A DNA stretch of 63,745 nucleotides, filler included, from Octopus bimaculoides (GCF_001194135.2; 5 parts of 5 records of this genome joined end to end with filler, not necessarily neighbours in it); one strand, 5' to 3'; shown: positions 39,195 to 51,688, numbered from the whole stretch's first letter. Numbers and translations are program-made. The notes: a model not told the origin generated them from the sequence alone.

Positions 39195-39994
39195 TATATT
39201 TGTAACGTTAGCTCTTCGTTGTAGTCGAGGGTCACCAGTGTAACGGTTTGCATTGTGTTCTATGCTGGAGTCGGCAGTTAGCAATTATATCGGGTGTTGC
39301 TGCTGCAGGTGTGCAAGATGGAAGAAGAACAGTGATTGAAATTGTAAAGAAATATTTATTTACCGTTACTTTGTATAATGCCATGCCTCGACGGGCAGGT
39401 GTGTGTATCATATAAAAACAATAGAGTTATCTTTTCTTTTATGTTGTTGCTGTTTATGTTTGGTCAACTGTTAGCTGCCTAATTAGGAATCAGAGGAAGA
39501 TAGAGTGAATGTTAAGTATAGAAAGTCGATAAAATGACACCTTCATTGTGCCTGACATTTAAGCAGCAGTGATGTTGTGATAAGACACTGTATCAGAGCT
39601 GACATCCTTACTGTAAGCCTGCACTCAGTTGAATTATTTCCCTAAGTGAATTCTGCCTGTAGTCGCCTCTGCATCATCCCCTTTTTGCCAACCCCCTTTT
39701 TCCTACGGTGTATTAGTATTTATAATTATCCAAAGGATATTTATAAATATTCATTGTTGAGAACAATGAATTTCGGTCTGTTATCTCTATTCTAGCTTTT
39801 GGTGGCCTAGAAGAGGTTAGAAGGATCAAGTGGCAAAGACATTATTCTGCTTAGCGAAGGCATCTGGCAAATGTAACTGTTGTCATTCACAGAAAAAAAA
39901 ACTATTGTTTTACCGTGAGAAAAGTGCTGTTCAATTGTTAAGTGAAATTTGGCTATCGAGGATCGAATCCACGTCATGCCTACATGAAGCCACT

Positions 39995-40025
<31 letters not shown>

Positions 40026-40066
40026 TATGTATGTGTGCGTGTGCGCGCGTGTGTATACGTATATAT

Positions 40067-40486
40067 ACATTACTCTTCAGTACAGTTACTGCTCTCATCT
40101 CCTATAGAGATTTTCTAACGAGCTAATTTGCTTGTTGTAAGATCAATGAGTGCATGTCGCTTGGTTTTCTATATATTGCGAGCTGGAGTGAACTACTGCT
40201 ATCTCCAGCGGGCGAGTGTCCACCACCGAAGATGACCACAAAGAGGTCAAAACCGTGGTGGTTTCGTGGCTGGAAGATGGTAGGGGTTCACTCCCCTGCT
40301 TGCAATATATATCGGGTGCAGATCGCATCGAAAAACCAGCTGGAGGAGGCGTCCTCTTGGGGTTAAAGATAGCAATAACGTCGGTTCCTACAGAACAGCC
40401 ATGTTTAAGTGGCAATAAACATTACTTTTCAGTAGAGTTACTGCTCTTATCTCTGATAGAGATTTTCTGACTAGCTAATTTGCTTG

Positions 40487-40488
<2 letters not shown>
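40067..40488 (+). repeat. 70-bp direct repeats 352 bp apart enclosing a TATA-like motif and AATAAA
   Basis: 40067-40136 vs 40419-40488: 63/70 identical; the interior starts TGTAAGA; AATAAA at 40414-40419. Confidence 0.8.
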
Positions 40489-40533
<45 letters not shown>

Positions 40534-40655
40534 NNNNNNNNNNGATAGAGAAAATCAAATCTTTAATTGTTGAATTTACCATACAAAGTCGATAGATTAC
40601 AAGCAGATATCTTTCTTGATATCTGTCTAATCTTTTTATCTCTTTTTTCCTTCTT

Positions 40656-40704
<49 letters not shown>

Positions 40705-41169
40705 GCTTAAAAGTGTTTTTCATGGCATCCGTTGACAAAGATTATGGGGATCTGGCAGGAGCCCCAAGAGAAATTTGATTAGGTGGAACAAAAGTGTTCT
40801 TGGACTCCAAGAAGTGGAATTCTCTCAGAGTTCAAAGGGACTGTGAGGTTTTAAAGGGTCTGTTGGATAGTTACGCGCCCCGGGAAGGTGGAGTCCTTCT
40901 AGAATTGAAAGGGCTGTGAGATTTTAGGGAAAGGTCTGGCAAATAGTAACTTTTGCATAGTACAGCTTCAATTTAAAATTTGTTTATTTAATTTTCGCTA
41001 AAATGTAAATCGGTAACTCACAGACAATGCCAGGAATCAGTAACGTGATTCTAAAAATGTTTCTACCCATTATGATTTTAACTATTGATTTTTTGCTATT
41101 TAAATGACGTACTCAGGCAACAATTATTATTATTATATATAAGAGGCATACAATAAAATCTACCCTTTC

Positions 41170-42120
41170 TCTCTCTCAATATCTAAAAAATATTGATTGT
41201 GACTATTCCATTGCAAAGTGTATATCATTATGTTATTAACTGGGTTTTTGAAATCTTTACGTTAGGCAAGAACGTGAGTACACAGAATGAGACAGACATC
41301 GAAATAGAGTTTCCAATTTTGTAATAGGTTTTTGTGGAAGTTGATGCCGTACTTCAATGTAGTTTGCTTATACATTTGAATCGATTAATATTTACATAAG
41401 CAGGAGCAACTTTCATTACCATTGCAGTCCCAAATACATGCTGGTAAATGCAGCTATTGAATACGAAGTAAAATTTTATACTGAATGAATTTTATTCCTT
41501 CATTAATTAGCCTTTCTTTTCTGTATTATTTGAGATTTCATTAGGGACATTTTAAGCCAGAATCCTACGACTTATATACTCCATTGTCTAATGTAATAGG
41601 AGTAGGAAACGTTAACACATCTAATGATGCATTAATATTATCTTTGTCAACTTTTTTCAGAAGGTGGTTCAGTATAACTAAGTTATCTCCTATAAAGCTT
41701 GATATAAGTTTCAGAATAGGTTTCAGTCGTGTATCTACAGCATTGTTGAGCCTGTATCTTACAGCTTGGGCCTGCTCCAATTGGTCCTAATTTAAGATAA
41801 TATGTTTCATATTTATCTTGATTAGGTGGACAGGTTACTTCTATTTAGATTGCAATGTATATTGAAATTTGTCGAGGACTGAACTTGTATTAGAGTATCT
41901 GTGAACTAAATGTAGTAACAATAAATTATGATCCCAGCGTGTCTTCATGTATTCTTTACTTCATTGTATAGGTGGTCTGTGTAATTCCCGAAACTACTGA
42001 GGATGTTAGTTTGTCTTTTTGTGATTTGTTAACGGATAGCATCATATAAGTGGTGCTGTCTCATCTAAGTCAAATGTAGATGTTATTGTGTTTATTCATC
42101 ATTTTATTTTGTCTCTTCTG
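41170..42120 (-). pseudogene. Degraded Penelope-like reverse transcriptase
   Basis: Ordered, frameshifted motifs: YLKLGPIGAGPSC; RLNNAVDTRLKPILK...ASLDV; NSCIYQHVFGTAMVMKVAPAY; NWKLYFDVCLIL (degenerate YLDD); QYFLDI. Confidence 0.85.
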
Positions 42121-42158
42121 TGTGTGATGTGAAAGTTGAGAAAATTTGCTCGGTAAAG

Positions 42159-42206
<48 letters not shown>

Positions 42207-42545
42207 CACTCTTCCTCCTTGACTCTCTCGTTGCTCACACGTGACCAGCGGCTATCTCTCTCTTTTTTCCTTTTTGCTTTACAAGAGACATGACTCACTT
42301 TTGCCTGTCTCCTGTCTAGCTCGTTTCCCCAGCGTTCACCACTTCACCTCGTGATGGCTTAACAGCCCTTACCGTTTGTTTTTACTGTTTTGTTCTTACT
42401 GTCCTGTTTTTGTTACCACTTTAACCCTCCGCAAATTCCAAATTTTATTTAATTTGCTTTGCGGGAACGACTGTTTTAACGAAGTCGCGTCTTTTCCCAA
42501 CGTTCGAAACGCGGAGTATATATATATATATATATTATATACATA

Positions 42546-42828
42546 TAACTTGAAAGGTATAATGAATAAACACTCCAATCGGTCAAAGCAACTTTATATC
42601 ATTCCCAAATTATCAAAACTCGAATATAAATATATATTAAAATAATAGGACACCCAATGGTAAAACCCAATAGTATAAAATATACGCATATACACGGGTG
42701 CCCTATCACATGTACGATTGGGTGCCCTACTATTTTAATATATATTTATATTCAATTTTTGATAATTTGGGAATGATATAAAGTTGTTTTGACCAATTGG
42801 AGTGTTTATTCATTATGTTTCAATTTAT
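42546..42828. mobile_element. Foldback MITE-like element: 100-bp inverted arms, TA-bounded
   Basis: Arms 42559-42658 and 42717-42816 differ at 6 positions; outer ends TAACTTGAAA / TTTCAATTTA. Confidence 0.85.
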
Positions 42829-42944
42829 TCCTTCTTTCGACTCGGTGTTACCTGAGCACTTCCAGCTGCAGTCCTATTTTTATTTTTGCCCTTCGGTTTA
42901 ACGAAATTGCCTTTCGGTTTAACGAAGTTATAAAATTATCATCT

Positions 42945-42976
<32 letters not shown>

Positions 42977-43244
42977 CTATTATTTCTAAATCTCTCAGTG
43001 AGAGATTTTCAGTAACAATTCTTTAAAGTAAAAGTTAATTGCCAACATAATATGGCTGTCCTGGAAGTGACGTTGTTACTGTTCATTAGCCCCAAGAACC
43101 ATCGTTTCTAGCTGGATATACGACACCAATTGGTAAGATCAGTTACGATGGGATAATAAACCCACTCTATTGACAGATATACGAGTGCATCGTTTTCCTG
43201 ACTTATGGACTTTTAGACGACTTACGTGTATATACATACATATA

Positions 43245-44513
43245 CAGGGGTTCGACAAAATAATGGAAACACCTAGCATCATAGCATCATAATTTTGAAA
43301 TATCTATAAAACCATCAAAAGCTTGTTTATTTTTTATGTTTTTTGATTTATTATTAGTGTTGCTTAATATGTTTTGCTAAAATTGCTGTTTCTTTTCAGA
43401 TATCATCAGAAAAAGGTAATTAAAATTCAATAAAATGACAGATCTATCGGACTTTCAAAGAGGTCAAATTGTATGGCAGGCGGCGCTAGCATAACGAAAA
43501 CAGCCGAAATGTTTGGTGTATCAAGAAATACTGTCTCGAAAGTAATGGCAGCCTTTGAGAAAGAGGGAAAAAACTTCCTCGTCAAAACAAAACTTCGGAA
43601 GAAAACCAAAACTTTCAGATAGGGAGCGTCGGACTCTTACACGAACTGTTAGAAAGGATCACAAAAGTACAGCTCCCAGAATTACTGCAAAGCTTAATGA
43701 CCACGTCGAGAACCTAGAGACCACGTCGAGAACCTGGAGACCACGTCGAGAAAACTGTTCGCCGGGAGCTGCACAAAGCCGGATTTCACTACTTTCACTA
43801 CTTTCTAACTCAAACGTTGCAAAGCGTTTAGAGTGGAGTAAAAACCTACAGAATTGGTCCCGAGAGCAGTGGAAGAATGTTATTTTCTCAAACTAGTCAT
43901 CCTTTACCCCATTTCCAACCACCGGCCAAGTATACGTGTGGAGTCAGCCAAAAGAAGCATTTGACCCAGATTGCTTTCTTCCAACTGCTAAACATGGAGG
44001 AGCTGTGATGATCTAGGGTATCTTGGAAATCCACCGCCCCAATGGTTTCCCTTCATGGCAGAATTAATAGACAAGACTATTTAAGCATTTTATTTGATCA
44101 AATTCATCCTGTGGTTGCGGAACTGTTTCCGGAGGGAAACCCAATCTTACAGGATGATAATGCACTAATTCACACAGCTAAAGTTATTACTGAATGGCAT
44201 GAGGAACATTGTAATGAAGTTGAACATCTTATCTGGCCACAACAGTCGCCAAATCTCAATATTATTGAACATTTATTGTGCATTTTAGAAAAACAAGTAA
44301 GGAGTCAATATCCTCCACCATCATAACTACAAGAACTGGAGACTGTTTTAGCTGAAGAATGGACAAAAACTCCTTTGGAAACAATTCAAACTTTTGTACA
44401 GGTCCATACCTTGTAGAATTCAAGCTGTAATTACTGTCAAAGGCGGTCCTATCCCATATTAAAATAAATTTGTTTGAAACTTTAAGGTGTTTCCATTATT
44501 TTGTCCAACCCCT
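43245..44513 (+). mobile_element. Tc1-like DNA transposon, near full length
   Basis: 29-30 bp TIRs CAGGGGTT(C/G)GACAAAATAATGGAAACACCT at 43245-43274 and 44485-44513; TA on the left; the right end runs into a gap. Confidence 0.95.
43435..44462 (+). pseudogene. Tc1 DD34E transposase pseudogene
   Basis: MTDLSDFQRGQIV..., GRKPKLS, WKNVIFSN (D to N), QDDNA, WPQQSPNLNIIEH, ...KGGPIPY*; several frameshifts and stops. Confidence 0.93.
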
Positions 44514-44594
44514 NNNNNNNNNNNNNNNNNNNNNNNNNNNNNNNNNNNNNNNNNNNNNNNNNNNNNNNNNNNNNNNNNNNNNNNNNNNNNNNNN

Positions 44595-44644
<50 letters not shown>

Positions 44645-44904
44645 TTTACAAGGCCGATGGTTTCAGTTGTGTTTTTACGATGCTTTTTGAAAGTATGCAG
44701 CAGAATCTGCTTTGTTGTTGTTGTTGTTACTTAGCCCTGACCAATCACAAACTTTGAAACAGTCATCTTCGCGTGTTTTCAGCCATATTTCAGTGACAGT
44801 GTATCTCGGACTGCATTATTAAATGTATCATTCCACATTTTAACACATTTAGTATTGATATTAAACCTAATTGTAATAATTGGTTCTCTGACAGTCTTGC
44901 ACTT

Positions 44905-45210
44905 GTCGTTGTTGTTACTGCTGCTGTGGTTGTTATCGTGCAGCTATCGTTGTTGCTGTTGTTGTTACTGTTGTCGTTGTTGTTATTGTTGCTGTTACTG
45001 TTGTTGTTGATGTTGCTAGTGCTGTTGTTGCCGCTGTTGTTGTTGTTGTTGTTGCTGTTGCAGTTTTTTGTCATTTTGTTGTTGTTGTTTTTGTTGTCGC
45101 TGTTGCAGTTTTTTTTGTCATTTTTTGTTGTTGTTGTTGTTTTTGTTGCTGTTATTATAGTTATATTTATTGTGGCAGTTGCTGCTACTGTAGCTGCTAT
45201 TGTTGCTGAT
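44905..45210. repeat. (TTG)/(CTG) low-complexity tract
   Basis: Seen directly; part of the spurious 424-aa ORF. Confidence 0.92.
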
Positions 45211-45361
45211 TTGAAACCAGCGAGACATAGATATTGAGCAGAAGAAATCGATCGGATGACTAAACGCGTGGAGAGAGTGAAGGGTAAGGTCGGTGGGGGG
45301 AAAGACTGTGAATAAGAGGAAAGATGAAGAGTAAGAGGTGAAGGAGACAGAGAGGGAGGAA

Positions 45362-45398
<37 letters not shown>

Positions 45399-45541
45399 AA
45401 TATAAATGAACCGAAAAAAACATGAAAAGAAAAAGTGCAAGAAAGAATAAAAGAATAAAAGAATGACAATGAAAGAATACACACACACACACACAAATAT
45501 ATTTATAAAGGTAGATAGATAGTGGGAGACACAACAGACAG

Positions 45542-45579
<38 letters not shown>

Positions 45580-45987
45580 CACATAATTAAATATATATAT
45601 ATAGATAGATAGGCTGGTAGGTAGCTACAGATGTAGGAGTACATATAGACGAAGATAAAAAATCGACAGGGAAGAAGAAAAAGAGTTTGGAGTGTGAGCA
45701 GACGAAAGGAGTTGACGACAACAATAGAGAATACGGCCAAGTGAGGTGAGAATGGAATTTGCATAAAGTTACAAACAACTAGCTTTACCCAGATATCGAC
45801 CAATGAAAACACAGCAAAGTGTGTCTGGACAGTGAAGAGAGAGAAAGAGAGGGAGAGGGAGAATCGAATGAGTAAGAGGGAAAGGTAGGGGAAAGAAAGG
45901 CGGCGTGGAGACATCATATTGCTGTGAGTAACGACAGACCTCACGAGGATTACAGGCACACATATACACAGGTACACACGTAGACAT

Positions 45988-46031
<44 letters not shown>

Positions 46032-46535
46032 ATTTAGTGAAGTGCATGCGTGCAAAAGATGCATACATCTGCGGTTGTTGAAAAACTGTCAACAACACGT
46101 GCACATATTTACGAGTGCGCACAGCACAGAACCTTGAAGCATGCCTGTGTTTTGAATGCAGGAAAATAGCTGTTTTGCACACATAAATACACACGCGTAT
46201 ACATCTCAACGATATTTTCAAATTGTCTCTTTACACACGTGTGTGTTGTTTCTTTATTCACACACACACACATTGTATATAAATAAGCATACATGTTATG
46301 ACAGAAGTTTCAGTAATAACAACGGAAGATATTGAAATCAAAATGTAAAGAAAATAGTTTTAAAGATTATAAATAAGGAAAGAAAAAAGTTTTAGTAATG
46401 ATTTTCCTTTGTCAGTGTTCCCTTTAAATGGCTTCATAGGCATAGTATGCACACACGAACACACACGCGTGCATGCACACTCGCGCGCACGCACACACAC
46501 GCACGTGCACGCATACACACGCACATTCATACACA

Positions 46536-46660
46536 TTCGGGGTCGATTAAATAAGTACCAGTTACGCACTGGGGTCGGTATAATCGACTTAATCCATTTG
46601 TCTGTCCTTGTTTTTCCCCTCTGTGTGTAGCCCCTTGTGGGTAGTAAAGAAATAAAATAA
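46536..46660 (+). mobile_element. Family C SINE, 3' half with intact tail
   Basis: TTCGGGGTCGATTAAATAAGTACCAGTTACGCACTGGGGTC...GCCCCTTGTGGGTAGTAAAGAAATA. Confidence 0.85.
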
Positions 46661-46715
46661 CACACACTTGCGCGAACACATAGTACCTATATACCTATCT
46701 ATATACTTTCTATTC

Positions 46716-48075
46716 ACATGTGGTTTCATGGTTAGGGCAGGGGTCGGCAGCCTACGGCCCGCGAAGTGATTTTGACCGGCCCACGAGAACTAATGCCCAA
46801 TGAGTTGTTTATTTAAAATTTAAATTTATTGTAATATGAGAGACGAGACTTTCAAATACAATAAAAGGTCTGCTGTTACATTCCTCCACAAATCTGATTC
46901 ACTCTACGTAATGTCTACCACCAACCGGTTGTGAACGTTTTGACAGCAAAAACACATTTAAAAATTCGACGCGTACGTTGGGCTCCGCACATCATTTCAG
47001 CTCACACAACACAAAATTAATAACTAATAATGACAATACATTTCTACCCAATCACCGCCACTCCCGCCTAAAAAATAAAACAAAAAACAGACATTTTCGG
47101 CTTGCAACTTTGGCATTTTTCGTGGATATTGTGACTCATTTAAATAACTTAAATTTACAACTTCAACGTAAAACTCAACTCGTAAATGAAATGTATAACT
47201 ATATTGTTACCTTTGAAGAAAAGCTATAGTTGTAGGAGCATCAACTACGAAATAAAAATTATACATATTTGTGAATATAATCCAGGAATTGAGAAATGAA
47301 TTTGCATCACGTTTTGCTGACTTTCGTCTGCCTCACATCAGTTTTGGAGGTGGAGACACTATGAGAATGTTTTCAAATGGAATTGATTGATATACAGTGT
47401 GACGACTTATTGAAATTTAAATTTCCTTCTAAAGACGATTCTTTGATTGACTTCTATGCAAAATATATTTTTCCAAGTGGAAAGTATACCAACTTAGTGA
47501 ATCATGCAAAAAAGATGGAAGCTTTGTTTGGAAGCATTTATCAGTGTGAGCAATTATTTTCCAAACTGAAGCAAACTAAGAAAAAAATTTTGGCTGCTAT
47601 GTATTTTTAATATTTTTTAAACAAATTATTCCAACGATGTCTTAAATTGAATAAATGGTGTTTTCCTATTACTACATTCATATGTAGTTAATACAAATTC
47701 TTTTTAAGCATAGTCAGCACTCGTGATTAAATTTTAGCTTGTGTAATTTTCCGTAATTATTCTTTTATGGCCTTCGTCCGGCCCGCTACCCGTCATTAAT
47801 ACTCGATCCGGCCCGTTGAGGCAAAGAAATTGCCAACCTCTGGGTTAGGGCATTGCACTCGTGATCGTAAGATTTTGTTTCGAGTCCTGGACCGGGTGAT
47901 ACATCGAGTTCTTGAGCAAGACCCTTTATTTCACATTGCTTCAGTCCACTCAGCTGGCAAAAATGAGCCCTCCTGTGACGGACCGGCATCCTGTCCAGGC
48001 TGGGAATATACCCGCCGCGGGAAAAGGGAAGGTAGCTCTATGAGTTTATATGACTCAAGAAAGATTTTTGTTCTT
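46716..48075 (+). mobile_element. Family D SINE (copy D1) split by a hAT insertion in its A box
   Basis: 46716-46737 joined to 47851-48075 reconstructs a head matching the intact copy at 48086. Confidence 0.85.
46738..47842 (+). mobile_element. Internally deleted hAT transposon (Buster/SPIN/GTF2IRD2-like) with perfect 8-bp TSD
   Basis: TIRs CAGGGGTCGGCA / TGCCAACCTCTG; TSD GGTTAGGG at 46730-46737 and 47843-47850 (central TA); remnants LAFFVDIVTHLNNLNLQLQ and FQMELIDIQC...LFGSIYQCEQLFSKLK. Confidence 0.93.
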
Positions 48076-48085
48076 GTCCTTACCT

Positions 48086-48330
48086 ACATGTGGCTTAGTG
48101 GTTAGGGTGCTGCACTCATGATCGTAAGATTGCTGTTTCGACTCCTGGACCGGGTGATGCTTTGTGTTCTTGAGCAAAACATCTCATTTCACATTGCTCC
48201 AGTCCACTCAGCTGGTATAAACGAGCAATCCTGCGATGGACTGGCGTCAAGTATACAAGGGTGGGGAATATATATTACGCCACAGAATCTGGGAAACAGG
48301 CCTTATGAGCTTTTGGTTCGGAAAAGACCT
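48086..48330 (+). mobile_element. Family D SINE (copy D2), tandem to D1
   Basis: tRNA-like head TGGCTTAGTGGTTAGGG...GTTTCGACTCC, then TGTTCTTGAGCAAAACA and CCTGCGATGGACTGGCGTC. Confidence 0.85.
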
Positions 48331-48725
48331 TCAATCCCTTGTTATTTTTTTGGCTTACCTACATACATATCTTACATACAATACATATATACCTACATTC
48401 CTATCTACCTACTAATCTACATGAATACATTTCATACATACCTATCTACTTACCTGCACACACACAAACACATACATACATATAATGCATGCATACATAC
48501 ATATATACATACATACATGCATACATATGTAATACAATCCATATATATCAGCTATCCATCAGTACATGTGCACTTGTGTACATGTCCAATATATATAAAC
48601 GCACGTGTACACGCATATGTATATACATGCATCCATTCATATACACATAACAATGAAACATACATAATGCATATAGATGCATATAAATACATTTAGCTGA
48701 GACGTTGTTGTTGTTGGCACTCCGT

Positions 48726-48825
48726 NNNNNNNNNNNNNNNNNNNNNNNNNNNNNNNNNNNNNNNNNNNNTTAATTAATTAANNNNNNNNNNNNNNNNNNN
48801 NNNNNNNNNNNNNNNNNNNNNNNNN
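48726..48825. other. Artificial scaffold-joining spacer
   Basis: 44 N + TTAATTAATTAA (48770-48781) + 44 N. Confidence 0.95.
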
Positions 48826-49490
48826 ATATATATATATATATATAGGCAACTCTCAGTAGAGTAAACGGCCATCCAACAGTCGGAAGGGGGAAACATCTCT
48901 TTAGGAAACGAAAATTCAGAAATAATACCCACCCTGTGTGTGGAGTCGATCCTGGTTTTGTTTGTCTGTAGAGTACTTGGCTTTGTAAGTGAGACTATAA
49001 GCGGTATTGTGCAAGCTGATAGTGACTTCAAATTCCTGTCCGGACATTGCTGACAATCGTTGTTTTCAACATCTAGGATAAGATAATTTGTCAGTGATGG
49101 CCATAATCGCCTAAGAGCTGACGGCCGCCATGCATGCATGAATGTATGTGCACATGTATGTACGTGTGTATGCATGTTGTATGAGAACTAAATAGTCGAT
49201 GATATACCGTGCTTTACTCTGACTAAAAACAACGAACATGAATTTGTTGTTTAATCCTGTCGGTGAACCGAAAGATTTCGTTCAGTTAATGCCAAAATAT
49301 CTAATGTAATGTGAAAACTAACTTCAATCACTCAAAACCTAAATCATCTGAGTTAATCAGAATGGAAAAAAAATATGCGTGCAGTGAAGAGGAAATGTAT
49401 TCTCTGTGTGTATATGCACATACATTTAAAGATGCCTATTTATGCCCGTGGACATACATACACCTATATATACGTGCATGCTAAATGTAT

Positions 49491-49521
<31 letters not shown>

Positions 49522-50351
49522 ATATATAATAATATATACGCGTGCGCGCATGCAACACACAAACACACGCACATATATATATAGATATGTGTGTGAGTGT
49601 GTGTATACAAATATGCTTGTATATATGCTAAAGTACAAACTTACATGAATATATAAATACATATCCAGATGAGCACAGCCAGACACGTATACATACATAC
49701 ACTCGCACACACAACTTACACACATATACAGCAAACACACACACACACACGTACACACTCATACAGATTTAATGTCATTTAATATAACGTTAGTGCGTGC
49801 TTTATAAAGCTTCTCCAAATGTATCGGCTATCATATGTTATCATAGCACACGAATTCTCCTTTTACTTGATATGCATTCAGAAATCCGTTAATATCGGCA
49901 GAATTCCTCCAAATTCATACAATTGCATATATGTTTATATAAAATACATACATACATACATACATACATGCACACATACATACACATACACATATATATA
50001 TATATATATNNNNNNNNNNNNNNNNNNNNNNNNNNNNNNNNNNNNNNNNNNNNNNNNNNNNNNNNNNNNNNNNNNNNNNNNNNNNNNNNNNNNNNNNNNN
50101 NNNNNNNNNNNNNNNNNNNNNNNNNNNNNNNNNNNNNNNNNNNNNNNNNNNNNNNNNNNNNNNNNNNNNNNNNNNNNNNNNNNNNNNNNNNNTAGTTTTA
50201 TCATGAAGAACATTTTAGTACCGGTTTCAGACTTAGCGACTTTTTCGGCTTAGAGTAACGCATGAAAAATTATTAAATTGTGGGGAAATTAAATGAAATA
50301 TTTTTTAGAATATTTCCATTGTTCTCAAATACGTGGGACATTTTCCCTTCT

Positions 50352-50386
<35 letters not shown>

Positions 50387-50490
50387 TTTACTTTTGTGAA
50401 GGCTCATTATGTATGTAGTAGCAGATTTAAGGAATTATTTAATATGAGAGATGTAGGTTCTGGGTTTTGATGGTTTAAACAGCAGTAACA

Positions 50491-50553
50491 GAAGAAGAAG
50501 AAGAAGAAGAAGAAGAAGAAGAAGAAGAAGAAGAAGAAGAAGAAGAAGAAGAA
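50491..50553. repeat. (GAA)21
   Basis: Perfect run. Confidence 0.97.
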
Positions 50554-51191
50554 TTGAAATACAGGAGTGGTATGACAGTAGTAGGATGTTGGCGGAATCC
50601 TCTTAAACGTGACCTAAAAGTGACCTGTTGCGGTAGTAATAGTAAGTGGTCGTTGGCATTGTTCTGTATAAAGTCAGAAAAGTAGAAAGGGAAAAGTCCA
50701 GAGAAGGAAAAGAAATCGCCAACGGTGTATACATATATTTATGTATACATCATGTAAATGAATATGTGTGTGTGTATAAGGGAGCGGCTGGGTGAGAAAA
50801 TTCTTGCTTTAATAATATCCCTTAACAACAGGTAAAGCAACAGTGGTGCGACCCAAGGATAGCCAAAATTAAGATTATGAACAAGCAAAACCCAAGTGAA
50901 AATTAGATGTTTCGATTTGAATGCATCAACATGTTACAATGTCTAACTTTCTAGCGTAATTTTATTGCAAAATCCATGGTTACTCTGCAGCATTCGGCGG
51001 GTCGTTTATTATGCTTTTAATCCATATCACGATTATAGAGATCTTTAATGTTGATGTACAGCATTTTCTAACATAGTTCATTTGCGTTTCACCACACATT
51101 ATCCATTTCCTCTATTCCTTCAGAGATAAGTGACAGATGAGCCATGCATGCACCGATTCCATTATTTCTCTGTCCTCTTACTTCTCAAAAG

Positions 51192-51238
51192 GTCTTTGAG
51201 AAGCAAACATATGTAATAAACCGAAGGAACGAAATCAG
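51192..51238 (+). other. Candidate exon (47 nt, or 115 nt from 51124)
   Basis: Pyrimidine tracts ending CAG (51123) and AAG (51191); donor CAG|GTAAGC; no homology recognised. Confidence 0.3.
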
Positions 51239-51688
51239 GTAAGCATGGGAAATGCTCCAATACATCAATATTTGCTTTCTGAACGGTTTCAACAGATTAA
51301 CCAGCAGCCTAAAACCTGACGTTATTGTGCATTACATACATTACGCTTTACGACATTAACAAGTGGCATTTACTTCAAAATCTAAGTTCTTGCTTACCTG
51401 TAATATCTCGATATATCCAGCGGCACAGTTTACTCTTAAGCCTCTCTCTCACATCCCCCCCTCTCTCTCTCTCTAGTATAATTCTAACATGTGTAGTAGA
51501 TTGTTTTCTGAATTCGGTTTGATCTAACCTCTATATGGACCCGAAGGCTTCCTTCGTCAATGTAATCATATTTGGTAAACCTTTGCACACCTAATGATGG
51601 ACAACCACCGCCGATGAATAACACGCTCCCTGACATATATTGCAGTCAATCACATTTCATATTAGATATGAGTAACGTCAGGATGGCC

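Noticed and set aside
39250-39340. FALCSMLESAVSNYIGCCCCRC resembling a Cys-loop M3 helix
   Set aside because: Bounded by stops, no convincing splice sites, and the similarity is too short.
45757-45804. Octamer (ATTTGCAT) plus CCAAT promoter
   Set aside because: Short motifs are expected by chance, and there is no associated snRNA, histone gene or transcript start.
44790-46064. 424-aa minus-strand ORF
   Set aside because: Spans TG, CT, TA and AAC repeats; it stays open because of repeat composition.
48850-49130. Open minus-strand frame of about 95 codons in unique sequence
   Set aside because: No recognisable motif or splice boundaries; length is compatible with chance.
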